DNA of 64,000 bases from the NCBI GenBank assembly GCA_964016885.1, contig OZ024745.1, forward strand, positions 57,350,001 to 57,414,000. The letters run 5' to 3'. The translations under genes and the position numbers were made by a program. How positions within the stretch are numbered: the first letter of the stretch is position 1; each line of letters opens with the position of its first letter. The notes below the pieces were generated by a model. The model ran no database searches. It worked only from the letters and a program-made list of their open reading frames with translations, and was not told the DNA's origin. Source of the DNA: Eledone cirrhosa (lineage: Eukaryota). Of this stretch, positions 61,001 to 64,000 are shown one piece after another.

Positions 61001-64000
61001 TCGATTTTTTTATTTGGGTGCCCCGTTTTTTTAGGGGGGGTTATTTGGGTGTCCAGTATTTTTATGGGGGGATCCGTTTTTAATTTTGGTGCGCCGTTTT
61101 TTATGGGGGTCCGTTTCTAATTTGGGTGCCCCGTTTTTTATTTGGCTGCTCCGTTTTTTTTTATTCCGGGGGTACGTTTTTTATTTAGCTGCCCCGTTTT
61201 TTTTATGTGGGTGCGCCGTATTTTATTTGGGTGCCCCGTTTTTTTATTCCGGTGACCGGTTTTTTATTTGGGTGCCCCGTTTTTTATTTGGGTGCCCCTT
61301 TTTTATGGGGAGTTCTATTCTTTATACGGGTGCTCCGTTTTTTTATTGGGCGGTCCGTTTTTTATTTGGGTGCCCCATATTTTTCTTTAGGTGCCCCTTT
61401 TCTTATTTGGGTACCCCGTTTTTTATGGGTGGTCCGTTTATTATTTGGGTGCCCCGTTTTTTATTTGGGTGCCCCGTTTTTTATGGGGGGGTCGGTTTTT
61501 TATTTTGGTGCCCCGTTTTTATTATGGGGGGGGGGTCCGTTTTTATTTGGCTGCTCCGTTTTTTTTTATTCCGGGGGTCCGTTTTTTATTTGGGTGCCCC
61601 ATATCTTTATTTAGCTGCCCCGTTTTTTTTATGTGGGTGCGCCGTTTTTTATTTGGGTGCCCCGTTTTTTTATTCCGGTGACCGGTTTGATATTTGGGTG
61701 CCCCGTTTTTTTAATGGGGGGGTCCGTTTTTTATTTGGGTGCCCCATATTTTTATTTAGGTGCCCCTTTTTTTATGTGGGTGCGCCGTTTATTATTTGGG
61801 TGGCCCGTTTTTTATGGGGGTTCCGTTTATTATTTGGGTGCCCCGTTTTTTGTTTGGGTGCCCCGTTTTTTATGGGGGGGTCCGTTTTTTATTTGGGTGT
61901 CCCGTTTATTATTTGGGTGCCCCGTTTTTTATTTGGGTGCCCCGTTTTTTATTGGGGGTCCGTTTTTTATTTGGGTGTCCCGTTTTTTGTTTGGGTGCCC
62001 CGTTTTTTATGGGGGGGGGTCCGTTTTTTATTTCGATGCCCCGTTTTTTTATGGGATTCCGTTTTTTATTTGGCTGCCCCGTTTTTTTTATTCCGGTGCA
62101 CGGTTTTTTATTTGGGTGCCCCGTTTTTTATTTGGGTGCCCCTTTTTTATGGAAAGTTCTATTCTTTATTTGGGTGCCCCGTTTTTTATTTGGGTGCCCC
62201 GTTTTTTATTTGGGTGCCCCGTTTTTTATTTGGGTGACCCGTTATTTTATGGGGGGGTCCGTTTTTTATTTGGGTGTCCCATTATTTTATGGGGGGACCG
62301 TTTTCTATTTGGGTGCCCCGTTTTTCTATGGGGGTCGATTTTTTTATTTGGGTGCCCCGTTCTTTTAGGGGGGTTATTTGGGTGTCCAGTATTTTTATGG
62401 GGGGATCCGTTTTTAATTTGGGTGCGCCGTTTTTTATGGGGGTCCGTTTCTAATTTGGGTGCCCCGTTTTTTATTTGGGTGCCATTTTTTTTATTGGGGG
62501 GTCCGTTTTTATTTGGATGACCCGTTCTTTTATGGGGGGTCCGTTTTTCCTTTGGGTTCCCCGTTTAATTGTAGGGGGGTACCCGTTTCTTATTTAGGTG
62601 CCCCGTATTTTTATTTGGGTGCCCCGTTTTTTATGGGTGGGGGCGTTTTTTATTTGGGTACCCCGTTTTATATTTGGGTGCCCCGTTTTTTATGCGGGGG
62701 GGGGGATTTTTATTTTGGTGCCCCGTTTTTTATTTGGGTGCCCCGTTTCTTATTTGGGTGCCCCATTTCTTATTTGGGTGCCCCATTTCTTATTTGGGTG
62801 CCCCGTTTTTTATTGAGGCGGGTCCGTTTTTTATTTGCGTGCCCCGTTTTTTATTTGTGCCTGGTTTTTTCATGGGGGGTCCATTTTTTATTTTGGTGCC
62901 CCGTTTTTTTAAGGGGGTGTCCGTATTTTATTTGGGTGCCCCGTTTTTTATTTCGGTGCCCGGTTTTTTTAAGTGGGTGGCCGTTTTTTATTTGGTTGCC
63001 ACGTTTTTTATTTGGTTGCCCCTTTTTTTATTTACGTGCGCCGTTTTTTTATGGGGGGGTCCGTTTTTTATATAAGTGCCCCGTTTATTTATGGGGGGTC
63101 CGTTTTTTATTTGGGTGCCCCGTTTTTTATTTGGGTGCCCCGTTATTTATTTGGGTGACCCGTTTTTTATTTCGATGCCCCGTTTTTTTATGGGGGTCCG
63201 TTTTTTATTTGGCTGCCCCGTTTTTTTTATTCCGGTGCACGGTTTTTTATTTGGGTGCCCCGTTTTTTATTTGGGTGCCCCTTTTTTATGGGGAGTTCTA
63301 TTCTTTATATGGGTGCTCCGTTTTTTTATTGGGCGATCCGTTTTTTATTTGGGTGCCCCGTTTTTTATTTGGGTGCCCCGTTATTTATTTGGGTGACCCG
63401 TTTTTTATTTGGGTGCCCCGTTTTTTTAAGGGGGTGTCCGTATTTCATTTGGGTGCCCCGTTTTTTATTTGGGTGCCCCGTTTTTTATTTGGGTGCCCCG
63501 TTATTTATTTGGGTGACCCGTTGTTTTATGGGGGGGTCCGTTTTTTATTTGGGTGTCCCATTATTTTATGGGGGGGACCGTTTTCTATTTGGGTGCCCCG
63601 TTTTTCTATGGGGGTCGATTTTTTTATTTGGGTGCCCCGTTTCTTTAGGGGGGGTTATTTGGGTGTCCAGTATTTTTATGGGGGGATCCGTTTTTAATTT
63701 TGGTGCGCCGTTTTTTATGGGGGTCCGTTTCTAATTTGGGTGCCCCGTTTTTTATTTGGGTGCCATTTTTTTATTGGGGGGTCCGTTTTTATTTGGATGA
63801 CCCGTTCTTTTATGGGGGGTCCGTTTTTCATTTGGGTTCCCCGTTTAATTGTAGGGGGGTACCCGTTTCTTATTTAGGTGCCCCGTATTTTTATTTGGGT
63901 GCCCCGTTTTTTATGGGGGGGGGGCGTTTTTTATTTGGGTACCCCGTTTTATATTTGGGTGCCCCGTTTTTTATGCGGGGGGGGGGGGGGATTTTTATTT
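46018..64000. repeat. Satellite array, ~20-bp monomer TTTGGGTGCCCCGTTTTTTA with variant TGGGGGGGTCCGTTTTTTA; higher-order repeats of ~2.1 and ~6.3 kb; runs off the window
   Basis: Continuous single-orientation monomers. Identical ORF-track peptides at 51123/53243/59541 and 51324/53444/59742 give offsets of 2120 and 6298 bp. Confidence 0.97.

Noticed and set aside
46007-63734. Dozens of long Phe/Gly/Trp/Pro-rich plus-strand ORFs (up to 641 aa)
   Set aside because: They result from an A-poor satellite strand with few stop codons. All three frames are open, and frames shift freely with homopolymer length.
46018-64000. CRISPR-like or canonical telomere array
   Set aside because: No unique spacers or cas genes in a eukaryotic context, and no (TTAGGG)n tract.

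Overview
Gene-poor, AT- and microsatellite-rich animal DNA. It is most likely an octopod cephalopod, judged from recalled similarity of the dominant tRNA-head SINE to Octopus SINEs; this is not verified. No intact host gene is recognisable and nearly all ORFs in the track are artefacts of repeats. The window holds five main groups. (1) 1-1070: a ~493-bp tandem repeat in which each full unit carries a minimal type I hammerhead ribozyme (retrozyme-like). There are also Penelope-like GIY-YIG relics with hammerhead-bearing termini and several fold-back structures at (TA)n/(CA)n tracts. (2) Seven copies of one tRNA-derived SINE. The six readable TSDs all end in ATAAT, and the SINE tail resembles the 3' end of the Tx1 LINE in this window. 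(3) 15.9-34.4 kb: a nested pile of seven co-oriented R4/Dong-type (RT + RLE) retrotransposon copies separated by (TAA)n, plus one near-full-length Tx1/L1-type element in the opposite orientation. (4) Several Helitron ends or relics, two carrying internal minisatellites, and one PIF1-helicase-coding Helitron. (5) 46.0-64.0 kb: an 18-kb or longer, strongly strand-asymmetric ~20-bp satellite (TTTGGGTGCCCCGTTTTTTA). It starts inside the Helitron coding region and has ~2.1-kb and ~6.3-kb higher-order repeats. All alignments and folds were done by eye; boundaries are approximate.
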